Origin: an uncultured Thermoproteaceae archaeon
GTDB taxonomy: Archaea; Thermoproteota; Thermoprotei; Thermoproteales; Thermocladiaceae
Reading direction: 5' to 3'
Length of the DNA: 64,000 nt
Assembly: GCA_964575955.1 (NCBI GenBank)
Contig: CAZNTG010000006.1
Span: 512,001-576,000, forward strand
How positions within the stretch are numbered: the stretch's first letter is position 1; the number at the start of each line of letters is the position of its first letter. This document shows positions 36,044 through 46,129 of the stretch, in pieces. The position numbers and the translations under genes were made by a program. The notes under the pieces are model-generated. The model saw only the letters and a list, made by a program, of their open reading frames with translations. It was not told where the DNA came from and searched no databases.

Positions 36044-38059
36044 CTATGTTGGTGTTGTTATTTGTCTTCTACGTCTTCTAGCTCTTGCTATAGCTATGGC
36101 TATTATTGCTATTATTGCAAATATTACACATATTATCTCAGGTAGGTGTTTATACATTATTGTTGTCATTGTTTCACCAATCTTTATATTTAGAGTTATC
36201 GATTTTACTAGTGTTGGTATGCTGTTAAGTCCATAGATTATGAATGGTTTTGGTGAGTATAATAACATCAATGTTGCATGATATATACCTACAGGTGTTG
36301 AACTATCTATCTCTAACAGATATGTCAATACTATAGTATCTCCTGGTCTTACCTCTCCAACATATATTTGATTTGCTGTCATTGCAGCTAGTGGATTGTT
36401 TTGTGGTACATGAAATGTCAATACTTTAGGTATTGATAATATTGCTTTAACATTTTCAAGAGTTGGCCCTCTAACATACTTTAGATATATTCTAAGTATT
36501 GCTCTACTAGATCCAGGGTAAAATCCTATCTCTTCAATTTTAACAACCTTGAACTCCGGTTTTGGAATTACTTTGAAAGTTACATAATAATCTTCATCAA
36601 CATCACAGTAATGTACGTTAATCTTCAAAATATATGTTCTAGGTGTAACATTATCAGGTACATTAAACATGAACTGTATTGGTATTGGCTTTCCAGGTGG
36701 TACTGCTGGTAATGTTATACTAGTCATATTTGGTGTATATGTTGAAAATTCTCTAGGCAATACTAGTCTAATAGTTACATTTTTTGCAATAACACTTCCA
36801 ACATTTACAATACTTACATTAAGTCTAATACCATTCATTCCGGGTGTTGCTATTGGTGGCATTGGTATTGCATATGCTACTCTAATCTTTGGTGAATATA
36901 TTACAATCTTCACAGTATGGACTTCTCTAACATGATCATACATGAATATAACCTGTATTGGATACTTACCTCCAGATATGTTCTGCAATGTCGATACTAT
37001 AAACGTTACCGGTATCTCTCTACCAGCAGTTACAACACCAATATTCTTACATAGAAGACCTGAACCTTTAAGTGGCTTTTCAAGTCTTATACATACGGTT
37101 AAGTTATCTATAGCTGATGTTGGTATAAACATTACTGTTAGAGGAATTTTACTATATCCAGGACCTACAGAAAATACCTTTCCTGGAAATCCCCAATATG
37201 CTGTGACAGCACTAAACTTAACCTCAGGAATACATAATCTAAATGATGTATTTAAAGTCCATGTAACACCAATACCATACTTAACAAATAGTTTTTCAGA
37301 ATAACAACCACCAGTAACATTATTGTAGAGATTTACTAGGTATGTTAATGTTATTGGTTTTCCTGGAGGTAATGCAGGTAGTGTAATGTTTAGATATTTA
37401 ACAATCTTCCCATTCTTAGTTGCATAGATTGGATATGATAATTTTAGTTGTATTGTCACATTTTCTAGAATTGATGTACCACTATTCATAACTATGATTG
37501 TTAATGGTATATTCTTCATTCCCGGTCCAACAATTTGATAGTTTTTATATCCGAGATATGCACCTAGAACCTGTATTCCTGAAGTTCCTATTATTGGAAG
37601 CTTTTGTGTATATTCTAAATGTTCATGTGTACAGTATTGACCTCTTTGAGTAACTATGCATATGTAGTAGTATGTTTCAATTTTGAAATCTTTAAATCCT
37701 GTAGATACTGTTGGAGGAATTCTCAAGTAGAATATACATGTACTATTCATTCCTGGAGCCATATATGGTATTTTACATATCTGTACACCACTAAACCACT
37801 CAATATTATCTGGAAGTTCTAACCATACTCTAACATCTTTGAAATAGAATTTTACACCTGATATGTTAGGTATGACTATTCCTACCTTGAGAATTGCAAG
37901 ACTTGTTCCTGGGCTTGGAACTTTAGGTTCTAGCCAATATGCGTAGACTATTGGAGTTATCTCACTCGTACTAACTGTCTGACAATGTACAACTTCAAGC
38001 CCTACCACTGATATTATCAGTGTAAGTGTTATAAGCAATATCTTGACTACTCTACTCAT
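36044..38059 (-). CDS. Surface-anchored protein with repeated Ig-like domains (COG1361/S-layer-domain-like)
   Basis: Signal peptide; repeated N.G...NVTI.L and LPA.PPGKPI motifs; many NxT sequons; C-terminal TM helix plus RRRRR tail. Confidence 0.8.
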   Translation of the reverse strand: MSRVVKILLITLTLIISVVGLEVVHCQTVSTSEITPIVYAYWLEPKVPSPGTSLAILKVGIVIPNISGVKFYFKDVRVWLELPDNIEWFSGVQICKIPYMAPGMNSTCIFYLRIPPTVSTGFKDFKIETYYYICIVTQRGQYCTHEHLEYTQKLPIIGTSGIQVLGAYLGYKNYQIVGPGMKNIPLTIIVMNSGTSILENVTIQLKLSYPIYATKNGKIVKYLNITLPALPPGKPITLTYLVNLYNNVTGGCYSEKLFVKYGIGVTWTLNTSFRLCIPEVKFSAVTAYWGFPGKVFSVGPGYSKIPLTVMFIPTSAIDNLTVCIRLEKPLKGSGLLCKNIGVVTAGREIPVTFIVSTLQNISGGKYPIQVIFMYDHVREVHTVKIVIYSPKIRVAYAIPMPPIATPGMNGIRLNVSIVNVGSVIAKNVTIRLVLPREFSTYTPNMTSITLPAVPPGKPIPIQFMFNVPDNVTPRTYILKINVHYCDVDEDYYVTFKVIPKPEFKVVKIEEIGFYPGSSRAILRIYLKYVRGPTLENVKAILSIPKVLTFHVPQNNPLAAMTANQIYVGEVRPGDTIVLTYLLEIDSSTPVGIYHATLMLLYSPKPFIIYGLNSIPTLVKSITLNIKIGETMTTIMYKHLPEIICVIFAIIAIIAIAIARARRRRRQITTPT

Positions 38060-38157
38060 ACAGCTTACGTTAGCATTTCCATATTATAAACATTACTTGT
38101 TAGACATGTACTACATGTCCTATACGTACTACATATATACCTCTACACTGTACTGTA

Positions 38158-39591
38158 GTGAAGATGAGTAAAATTAAGGTAACTAGAGGCTACATGATCA
38201 GGATTACCATAGTCCTATCATTGTTAGCTATGTTAGCTATGTATACTGAAACTATGATTCTTCCAGCATTTCCAAGATTGATGCATGAATTTCATGTTAG
38301 AGAATCAGACATAGCTTGGATACTTACAGCATATCTACTCAGTGGTGTAGCATCTACGCCACTAATGGGAAAATTTAGCGATATTTATGGTAGAAAGAAG
38401 ATTCTACTGATAGTATTGACAATATACGCTATTGGACTTACAGCATGTGGATTATCACACTCATTTCCATCACTAATACTCTCAAGAGCTATCCAAGGCT
38501 TTGGAATGGCAATGTTTCCAATAGCGTTTAGCATTGTTAGAGAACAACTTCCAATGGAGATGGTTCCATTAGCACAAGGTATGATTAGTGCTATGTTTGG
38601 TATTGGTGCAATTATTGGTCTTGTGATAGGTTCACATATAATTCAGTGGTACGGTTGGAGAACACTATTTCACACAGCTGCAATACTTGCATGGACTTTA
38701 ATACCTGTAGAACACTTTCTCATAGAGGAGAAGTATAGACCTCCAATAAAGGCTAAAGTTGACTATGTAGGAATAATGTTGATATCTGTAGGAACAACAT
38801 TACTATGCTACGCTTTTGAATCAGCAGCACATTATGGATGGACTAGCAGTTCTGTAATTGCATCAATAATTTCAGGATTAATATGCTATATAGCATTCAT
38901 AGAGTGGGAAAGATATACACCAGAACCTGTAGTACCACTATCAAGACTTAGAGAAATAAACGTTCTAGTTAGTAATCTTGCAGGTGCTGTTGCTGGACTT
39001 GGAATGTTCATGTTCTTTCAAGTATTTGTAATATATCTACAACTACCAAAACCTGCTGGTCTAGGCTTAACAATAGTAGAGACAGGGTACTACATGACAT
39101 TACCATCACTAGTCATGTTACTGACATCAGGAATGGTCGGCAGGATAATTCCAAAGATTGGTGTTAAAAAATCACTACTAATATCAGCAATATACTTATC
39201 AATTGCAGGTGCAATATTTCAACTAGTAAATCTATCAAGTCTATGGCAAGTAATTGCTGCATCATGTATTGTCATGTCAGCTATTGGAGCTCTACTAGTA
39301 AGTTTGATAAACCTACTAGTACTATCAGTACCTGTAGAAGAAGTTGGATTATTAACAGGAATAAACATGATTCTCAGATATGTAGGTGGTTCATTAGGAA
39401 CAGCACTTGGAGGATATCTTCAATCAACAATAACAACAACAGTACTATTCTACATGTTTGGAAAATTCATACCTATAACATTTGCATCACCAACAGTCGT
39501 TAAAATATCTATGCTAGTAGTAACAGGACTTGGAATACTAATATTCCTACTCTGCATTAAAGCAAAAGAGATATTTCAAAGAAGAGTTTGA
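38158..39591 (+). CDS. MFS transporter (EmrB/QacA-like)
   Basis: WILTAYLL, GKFSDIYGRK motif A, RAIQGFG, GWR..F; many TM segments. Confidence 0.93.
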   Translation: MKMSKIKVTRGYMIRITIVLSLLAMLAMYTETMILPAFPRLMHEFHVRESDIAWILTAYLLSGVASTPLMGKFSDIYGRKKILLIVLTIYAIGLTACGLSHSFPSLILSRAIQGFGMAMFPIAFSIVREQLPMEMVPLAQGMISAMFGIGAIIGLVIGSHIIQWYGWRTLFHTAAILAWTLIPVEHFLIEEKYRPPIKAKVDYVGIMLISVGTTLLCYAFESAAHYGWTSSSVIASIISGLICYIAFIEWERYTPEPVVPLSRLREINVLVSNLAGAVAGLGMFMFFQVFVIYLQLPKPAGLGLTIVETGYYMTLPSLVMLLTSGMVGRIIPKIGVKKSLLISAIYLSIAGAIFQLVNLSSLWQVIAASCIVMSAIGALLVSLINLLVLSVPVEEVGLLTGINMILRYVGGSLGTALGGYLQSTITTTVLFYMFGKFIPITFASPTVVKISMLVVTGLGILIFLLCIKAKEIFQRRV

Positions 39592-40115
39592 ATTCTAGAT
39601 TTTACAGAATTTAAAATATTTATACAAAAACCATAGCCATAATCTCTAATACAGTCACAATATAGTTGTAGTCTAGTAATTATATCAGTAAGTATAGAAA
39701 TTTCAACATCTTTAACAACATCTGAAGAACTTCTCAAAGAATTCTTAATAACATTCTCAATATAGATATTAAATACATCATTTAGAAGATTACATATTTT
39801 ATCAACATTCTCTAAAATAAACCTTAACATTCTTAAAATATCTTCACTAATCTTAAAACATCTCTTAACATTAACATACATAAGGTAGTGATGTAGTGAT
39901 GTACATATATCTTTATTACGAATATCTCTTAAATATTTCTCAAACTCTTCACAAGAATTAATCATTCTAACTATGAAACTCCTTAAATCTCCATGACATT
40001 TATCTAAACATTTTATAAATGATTCATATAGATTTAAACCATTCTCAACACCATCTTCAACACATCTACAAAACTCTTCCTCATTTACAATATCCATACT
40101 AGATTTATAATTCAC
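39576..40115 (-). CDS. Hypothetical Cys-rich helical protein
   Basis: 179-aa ORF with genome-typical codon use; no motif recognised. Confidence 0.55.
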   Translation of the reverse strand: MNYKSSMDIVNEEEFCRCVEDGVENGLNLYESFIKCLDKCHGDLRSFIVRMINSCEEFEKYLRDIRNKDICTSLHHYLMYVNVKRCFKISEDILRMLRFILENVDKICNLLNDVFNIYIENVIKNSLRSSSDVVKDVEISILTDIITRLQLYCDCIRDYGYGFCINILNSVKSRIQTLL

Positions 40116-40130
40116 AGTTTTTAGTTAAAT

Positions 40131-40646
40131 TTGATATCTATGACTTATGAAGAGTTGAAGTATAGGATATGTAGAGAGTGTGGTGCTAGATGTTGTAAAA
40201 GATTTGATTACAAAAATTGGTTTGTAACACTATCATTGAGAGATATAGTTAGAATATCTGAAGGATTAGGTAAGGATTTAGAATATGTATTAAATAACTA
40301 TATAGAAATAATAAGAATCGGTAGTAGCATAATCTTAACATTGAAAGTTATTAATAGAGTATGCATATTTCTGAGAGAAGATAGATGTACAATTCAGAAG
40401 TTTAAACCAATAGCGTGTAGAGTATATCCAGTATACATACCTGGAATGTACATAGATCCACAATGTCCACTATCGAAATATCCAGAGCTACTCAAAGATG
40501 AAGAAATGTACGTATATCAATACGTTAAAGAACATTTAGAAACTCAGAAAATATTAGAAGAATATTCACCAAAAAGTATTAGAGATATAGCATGGATAAT
40601 TAGAGAAACCCTTAAAGACCTAGATAAAAACATAGAAACTAGCTAG
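40131..40646 (+). CDS. YkgJ/FliB family cysteine-cluster protein
   Basis: CRECGARCC...CIFL....CTI...KPIACRVYP. Confidence 0.88.
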   Translation: MISMTYEELKYRICRECGARCCKRFDYKNWFVTLSLRDIVRISEGLGKDLEYVLNNYIEIIRIGSSIILTLKVINRVCIFLREDRCTIQKFKPIACRVYPVYIPGMYIDPQCPLSKYPELLKDEEMYVYQYVKEHLETQKILEEYSPKSIRDIAWIIRETLKDLDKNIETS

Positions 40647-40735
40647 CCGGGGTGGCCGAGCCAGGCCCAAGGCGCGGGACTGGAGATCCCGTCCCCGTAC
40701 AGGGGGCGTGGGTTCAAATCCCACCCCCGGCGCCA
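40646..40735 (+). tRNA. tRNA-Ser (GGA), intronless, CCA encoded
   Basis: GCCGGGG...CGGGA-CT-GGA-GA-TCCCG, long variable arm, GGTTCAAATCCC, ...CCCCGGCGCCA. Confidence 0.97.
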
Positions 40736-40872
40736 ACATTCTTCAGGATTTTAAACAGTTTAACATGCTAAGATTCATGTTGGAGAATAGGATTATTGTT
40801 AAACACTTAGGTTCAATTTCTCGCAATTATGTAGAGGTTTTCTTTTATGAAGTTTTTTAAGGTATGTAAAAT

Positions 40873-40946
40873 GTAGATGTTTGGGGCGGGACCTCGACTG
40901 GTCCGGTTGGACCTGGATGAGAAGGTCCTCCCTGCTGGGGCGTCTA
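40873..40946 (+). ncRNA. K-turn hairpin sRNA (candidate H/ACA-like pseudouridylation guide)
   Basis: GGGACCUC-GA-CUGGUCC-GGUU-GGACCUG-GAU-GA-GAAGGUCCU forms a K-turn hairpin; GC-rich island; TATA near 40854-40860; possible lower stem UAGAUGUU/GGCGUCUA. Confidence 0.7.
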
Positions 40947-40958
40947 TGTTCTATTTTT

Positions 40959-41010
40959 ATGATGAGTCCAGCCCACTGATGATTTGATGATTTGGTTACG
41001 CCTATGCTGA
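40959..41010 (+). ncRNA. Box C/D methylation guide sRNA
   Basis: ATGATGA-GTCCAGCCCA-CTGA-TGATT-TGATGA-TTTGGTTACGCCTATG-CTGA. Confidence 0.82.
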
Positions 41011-41013
41011 TTT

Positions 41014-41063
41014 TCAGCCGAGAACCGAGTCTTCATTTATTCTGTGCCCGTTATACTCATCAT
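41014..41063 (-). ncRNA. Box C/D methylation guide sRNA
   Basis: ATGATGA-GTATAACGGGCA-CAGA-ATAA-ATGAAGA-CTCGGTTCTCGG-CTGA; the C box overlaps the enolase stop codon. Confidence 0.88.
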
Positions 41064-42322
41064 TTCTTTACTTGTGCCATTTTTGCTGCTTTTCCTAAGT
41101 AATCCCATATTCTTATTAGTTCATTAAGTTTTGCTACTCTTTCTCCTCCTGTAACTCCTGTCTTTATGAATGGTGCTCCAAAGCCAACTGCTATATGTGC
41201 AAGTAGTGGATATTCTGTCTCTCCTGATCTATGAGATACTACTAGTGTATATCCATGTGTTACTGCTACTTCTGCTGTTCTTCTAGCTCTTGTTAATGTA
41301 CCTATCTGGTCTGGTTTTATTATTATTGCATTTGCAGCTTTCATCTGTATTCCTTTTCTTAATCTCTCTTCATTTGTTACAAATATATCATCACCAACGA
41401 TTATTCTATCTGGAAACATTGATGTTAATTCTGCAAAGCTTTCATAATCTTCTTCATGAAATGGATCTTCTATATAGTATATGTCATACTTCTCTATTAG
41501 ATACTTCATATATTCTATCTGTTGTCTAGTATCTCTTTCAACTCCCTCATTCTTGTATATGTACTTCTTCTTCTCCTCATTCCATAGTGATGATGCTGCG
41601 ACATCAATACCAATCCTAATTTCTATTCCAAGTTTCTCTCCAACTTCCTTAACAGCTTTTGAAAGTATTTGAAGTGCTTTTTCTGTAGATATTCTAGGTG
41701 TCCATGCACCTTCATCATTTCTACCACCTGTAAATGATGGATCTTCTTTCATAAGTTCTTTCAAGACTGTCTTATGAACTTCAAAATTAGCTTTAACAGC
41801 TGTGTATGCATCTGGAGCACCTATAGGTATTGATAAAAATTCTTGAACATCAGGTCCTAGACCTCTACTATGTTTACCACCACCAATAACATTACCTACA
41901 GGATATGGTATGTATCTTGCAGATGTTCCACCAAGATGTTGAAATAGTGGTATTCCAAGCGCTTCAGATGCAGCTTTTGCAACAGCCATAGATGTTGCAA
42001 TTGCAACAGCACCACCAATTCTTGAGAAGTTTTCAGTACCATCAATCTCCTCAAGCTTTATATCTATGACAGCTTGTTTAGAAGCATCAAGACCTACAAG
42101 TTCAGGAACTACAAATCTCTCAAACGCTTCAATACCAGCATCAACACTATCATTAGGGAAGTACACAACCTCATGCTTACCTCTAGAAGCACCTGCAGGT
42201 GCTGCAGCTCTACCTACAGCACCTTCAAGCTCAACTTCAACTTCTACAGTCTCTTCACCTCTAGAATTGAATATCTTACGTATAGATAAGTCTCGTATAG
42301 ATGTAAGCTCTTCAATACTCAT
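41060..42322 (-). CDS. eno: Enolase
   Basis: NSRGEETVEVEV, PAGAS.G.HE, IEDPF, VGDD.FVTN, IKPDQIGT, VSHRSGET, AKLNELIRI. Confidence 0.97.
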   Translation of the reverse strand: MSIEELTSIRDLSIRKIFNSRGEETVEVEVELEGAVGRAAAPAGASRGKHEVVYFPNDSVDAGIEAFERFVVPELVGLDASKQAVIDIKLEEIDGTENFSRIGGAVAIATSMAVAKAASEALGIPLFQHLGGTSARYIPYPVGNVIGGGKHSRGLGPDVQEFLSIPIGAPDAYTAVKANFEVHKTVLKELMKEDPSFTGGRNDEGAWTPRISTEKALQILSKAVKEVGEKLGIEIRIGIDVAASSLWNEEKKKYIYKNEGVERDTRQQIEYMKYLIEKYDIYYIEDPFHEEDYESFAELTSMFPDRIIVGDDIFVTNEERLRKGIQMKAANAIIIKPDQIGTLTRARRTAEVAVTHGYTLVVSHRSGETEYPLLAHIAVGFGAPFIKTGVTGGERVAKLNELIRIWDYLGKAAKMAQVKK

Positions 42323-42346
42323 CTAAATTACAAAACTGTTAAGTAA

Positions 42347-42988
42347 TTATAATGTTTTATCAAGTATAGCTTTAACAATATTGACAACAGGATACATATC
42401 TAAACTATAAACAACAAATTTAGCAACTTTACCAACCTCATCATCTAGAGGATTGAAAGCTATAGAATATCTAGCTCTAGCTAAAATTGGAATATCAATA
42501 CGACTATCACCAATAGCTATAGTCCTACTCCAATCAATATTTATAATATTTTCCAAAATTTTAGCAATACAATCTTTAGAACATACTCTAACAGAAATTG
42601 AATATACTTTACCATCTCTATATACGATACTGTTAGATATGTATAGATCGACATAATCTCTAACAAGTTCATAAGCAAGTTCAAGACCGCCACTAACCAT
42701 TACAATCCACACCCTATACTTCTTAAGAATTTTTAATAAATCTAAAACTCCAGGAATTAAATCATCAAACTTCATCTTTATACTATCTCTAGAATATCCT
42801 CTCCATAGAAAAGTATCAATAAAAGCCCAATCTTTATAATTAATCAATTTTCTAAATGCTGCCTCTCTATGCATATCTGCAATATCTTTACAACCTAAAA
42901 TTTCATGAATATATTGCCAAGAACTTCTATACTTAACAACAACACCATCAACATCTAGTACAGCATACTTAACTATACTTGAACACAT
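42347..42988 (-). CDS. HAD-IB family phosphatase (phosphoserine phosphatase-like)
   Basis: DVDGVV, VSGG, AIGDSRID, IAFNP. Confidence 0.85.
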   Translation of the reverse strand: MCSSIVKYAVLDVDGVVVKYRSSWQYIHEILGCKDIADMHREAAFRKLINYKDWAFIDTFLWRGYSRDSIKMKFDDLIPGVLDLLKILKKYRVWIVMVSGGLELAYELVRDYVDLYISNSIVYRDGKVYSISVRVCSKDCIAKILENIINIDWSRTIAIGDSRIDIPILARARYSIAFNPLDDEVGKVAKFVVYSLDMYPVVNIVKAILDKTL

Positions 42989-43046
42989 TTAAAATTACTA
43001 AGAAGATAGATATATTTAAAAATATGTAATACAGACTACCTACAAT

Positions 43047-43388
43047 ATGCATAAAGACCAGATAGTTGGTGTAGGATTGATAGTATTGAGTATAGTCGTA
43101 ATAATCATATATGCATTACTGATGTTTGGACCATATATACCAATTTCTGCTATAAACTCGATATTTAATATGAATGTCTCAATAGCTGCACTACAGGTTA
43201 CAGCGTTTATAGGTATTGCTGTAATATTTGGAATACTTGCATGGGTTGGCTACACATTAGCAACAACACCACCTCCAAAGCCAATAGAGGAGATAGAGAA
43301 AGAGATTGAGGAAGAGTTGAAGAAGCTTGAAGAAGAGCTTAAGAAAGAACAGGAGAAGGAACAGAAAGCAGAACAGAAGTCTAGCTAG
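43047..43388 (+). CDS. Small archaeal membrane protein (2 TM plus charged tail)
   Basis: Two hydrophobic helices, then WVGYTLATTPPPKPIEEIEKE and an E/K coiled coil. Confidence 0.75.
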   Translation: MHKDQIVGVGLIVLSIVVIIIYALLMFGPYIPISAINSIFNMNVSIAALQVTAFIGIAVIFGILAWVGYTLATTPPPKPIEEIEKEIEEELKKLEEELKKEQEKEQKAEQKSS

Positions 43389-44479
43389 GTATTGAATATT
43401 TTTAAAAGATTACCATCAATTCTACCAACGCATCTACCTGTCATGAATATTCTATAAAGTATTTTTTCTAAGTTATCACTATAAACAAGTTCGGAACTGA
43501 CAATTTGAAATTTAGCAATGTTACAAACTTCTAAATTTTCTAAAAATACCATATTGAATATATATACAGGATTAATATTGATGTTTAATAGAGTTCTAAC
43601 TTCACACCACATATCTGGATCAACAAGACCAACATTGTCCGTACCTACTAAAATCTTTTTACAATAATTTTTCAATAATTTTAAATTACATATCCTACCT
43701 ATAAACTTCATATTAGATCTTGGAGTTACTACAACAAGTTTATCTCTAAGTAATTCATAATTATTTACAAATATACAGTGTACTAATATATCTGCCTTTA
43801 ATATCTTAGTGGCAATTTCTAAATCACCTTCCTCTGCTGTATCTTGAGTTTCTGAAACATGTGTCATGATTAGTCTACCTTTTGAATGTACTATCTTCTC
43901 AATCTCTTTCAATTCATAGTCTGTATAGTTTAGTGGTGATATAAGCTCAATATTATAACCTTTATCAACAATCTTCTTAACTTCATCAATAATTTCATAA
44001 TTTGAATCATAATCTCTAACTATATGAAAGTATTCAGGTTCTAGAAATGGTATTGTATTGATAGGATATTTTGAACATACATCTTCAAGTATTTTAATAT
44101 TCTTAAGACCATACTCCAATACTACATATGCTTCTCCTACTCCTGTTCTATACATTATTTCATATGTCTTCTTAATACTTTGTCTAATTGTACATTCATC
44201 AACTTTCTTCAATAGTACATACTTTATTCCGAATGGTGCACCAACAACATCATCTATATACATACTTTGAAAGTATTTTCTTAAGAATAGGTCTTGTACA
44301 TGTATGTGCGCATTTATGAATTGTGGTAGTATTAGATTATCTATTTCTAATCCTGTTATTGATGTCTGTCTTCCTAAACCTACTATTTTTCCATCTTCTA
44401 TCTCTATCTGAGCTTTATGTACTATCCTTATTGAGCTATCACTATCTTTGTATATTAATGCTTTTGCCTTAACTATCAC
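43385..44479 (-). CDS. Amidohydrolase superfamily metal-dependent hydrolase
   Basis: INAHIH, THVSET, LVHC, TPRSN, VGTDN. Confidence 0.85.
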   Translation of the reverse strand: MIVKAKALIYKDSDSSIRIVHKAQIEIEDGKIVGLGRQTSITGLEIDNLILPQFINAHIHVQDLFLRKYFQSMYIDDVVGAPFGIKYVLLKKVDECTIRQSIKKTYEIMYRTGVGEAYVVLEYGLKNIKILEDVCSKYPINTIPFLEPEYFHIVRDYDSNYEIIDEVKKIVDKGYNIELISPLNYTDYELKEIEKIVHSKGRLIMTHVSETQDTAEEGDLEIATKILKADILVHCIFVNNYELLRDKLVVVTPRSNMKFIGRICNLKLLKNYCKKILVGTDNVGLVDPDMWCEVRTLLNININPVYIFNMVFLENLEVCNIAKFQIVSSELVYSDNLEKILYRIFMTGRCVGRIDGNLLKIFNT

Positions 44480-44934
44480 TCTACTATGACTGTCTTATCT
44501 ACATATTTAACTTCTCTCAATTGTTTAAGTCTTCTTGCAAGTTTTACAGCTGCTTCGACAGCTCTTCTAGAGTATTCTTCAGCTCTTTCAAGTGCTTGTA
44601 ATCTTGTTGCTCCTGGACCTATAATTCCTAGTGTTACAGGTTTTCTAAATTGTATTGATATGTCTAGTAGTTTTCTAGCTGCTTGATTTGCAACAACCTC
44701 ATCATGTTTAGTCTCTCCCTGTACTACTGCTCCAAGTACTACTACTGCATCAACATCATCTCTTTGAGCAAGCTCATATGCTGCTAGTGGTGTATCAAAT
44801 GTTCCAGGTACTTTAACTATGTACGCTACTTCTGCTCCAAGAAATTTTGCATGATTTATAGCTTTTTGAAGCATTATGAATGTTATATCATAGTTAAATT
44901 CTGAAACTACTATTCCAATCCTAATTTTTTCCAT
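44476..44934 (-). CDS. ribH: 6,7-dimethyl-8-ribityllumazine synthase
   Basis: [41 protein letters not shown]; likely start ATG 44934. Confidence 0.95.
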   Translation of the reverse strand: MEKIRIGIVVSEFNYDITFIMLQKAINHAKFLGAEVAYIVKVPGTFDTPLAAYELAQRDDVDAVVVLGAVVQGETKHDEVVANQAARKLLDISIQFRKPVTLGIIGPGATRLQALERAEEYSRRAVEAAVKLARRLKQLREVKYVDKTVIVE

Positions 44935-45022
44935 ACTCTCTTTCGACTGTTCAAAATGCTTATCAGTGTTACCTAAGATCTTTGGTAACATTTAATTTCT
45001 ATAACCAAATCTACATGTAGTT

Positions 45023-46087
45023 ATGACTGTTAGAGTTGGTATTGTTGGAGCATCTGGATTTGTTGGTGGTGAACTACTTAGAATATTGTTAAACCATCCT
45101 CATGTAGATGTTAGAGTTGCTACAAGTAGAGAATTTAAGGGTGAGTATGTGTTTAGAGTTCATCCACATCTACGTGGTCGTACAATGTTGAAGTTTGTTG
45201 AACCAAGCATAGATATAATATCTAGAGAGTGTGATTATGTTTTTCTAGCAGTACCTCATGGTCAAAGTGTTAATCTTGTACCTAAACTACTTGAAGTTGG
45301 TATTAAAGTTCTAGATTTAAGTGCTGACTATAGATTGAAAGATCCTGAAGCATATGTCAAATGGTATGGTTGGGAAAAACCTCATCCATATCCTGATATT
45401 TTGAAGAAGGCTGTATATGGACTACCTGAAATTCATAGAGATGATATTAGAAATGCTCAACTTGTAGCAGTTCCTGGATGTATGGCAACTGCAGGAATAC
45501 TATCACTACTACCACTAGTCAAGTATGGTATTATTGAGTTGAGTAGAATTGTCATAGATGTTAAGATTGGTAGTAGTGGTGCAGGTGCACATGCACCAAG
45601 ACTAGACTTACACTCATATAGAACATACGTTGTAAGACCTTACGAAGTTGTTGAACATAGACATATTGCAGAGATTGAACAAGAATTATCATATGTAGCT
45701 AATAGACCTGTACAGGTAGCATTTACACCACATGCAGTAGATATTGTACGTGGTATATTAGCAACATCGCATAGTTGGGCTATAAAGCCAATATCAGAAC
45801 CTGAATTATGGAAAATATTTAGAGCTGTATATGGTAACGAGCCATTTATAAGAATAGCTAAAGATAAGTCAGGACTTCACAGATATCCAGATGTTAAATA
45901 TGTCATAGGTAGTAACTACTGTGATGTAGGTTTTGAAATAGATAAGAGAACTGGTAGAATTGTAACATTTGCAGCAATAGACAATCTTATGAAAGGTGCA
46001 GCAGGACAGGCAGTACAATGTTTTAACATAATGTTAAAAATTGATGAGAAAACAGCACTAGATATCACACCACTATTCCCAGTGTAG
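45023..46087 (+). CDS. argC: N-acetyl-gamma-glutamyl-phosphate / LysW-phosphate reductase (ArgC/LysY)
   Basis: GASGFVGGEL, DLSADYRL, YGLPE, VPGCMAT, HRHIAEIEQEL, IDNLMKGAAGQAVQ. Confidence 0.93.
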   Translation: MTVRVGIVGASGFVGGELLRILLNHPHVDVRVATSREFKGEYVFRVHPHLRGRTMLKFVEPSIDIISRECDYVFLAVPHGQSVNLVPKLLEVGIKVLDLSADYRLKDPEAYVKWYGWEKPHPYPDILKKAVYGLPEIHRDDIRNAQLVAVPGCMATAGILSLLPLVKYGIIELSRIVIDVKIGSSGAGAHAPRLDLHSYRTYVVRPYEVVEHRHIAEIEQELSYVANRPVQVAFTPHAVDIVRGILATSHSWAIKPISEPELWKIFRAVYGNEPFIRIAKDKSGLHRYPDVKYVIGSNYCDVGFEIDKRTGRIVTFAAIDNLMKGAAGQAVQCFNIMLKIDEKTALDITPLFPV

Positions 46088-46129
46088 ATCAGACAAAGTT
46101 TTTTAGATAGATCAAAAACTCTCCACAGC

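Noticed and set aside
43286-43380. Purine-rich GAA/GAG repeats
   Set aside because: These simply encode the E/K-rich tail of the membrane protein.
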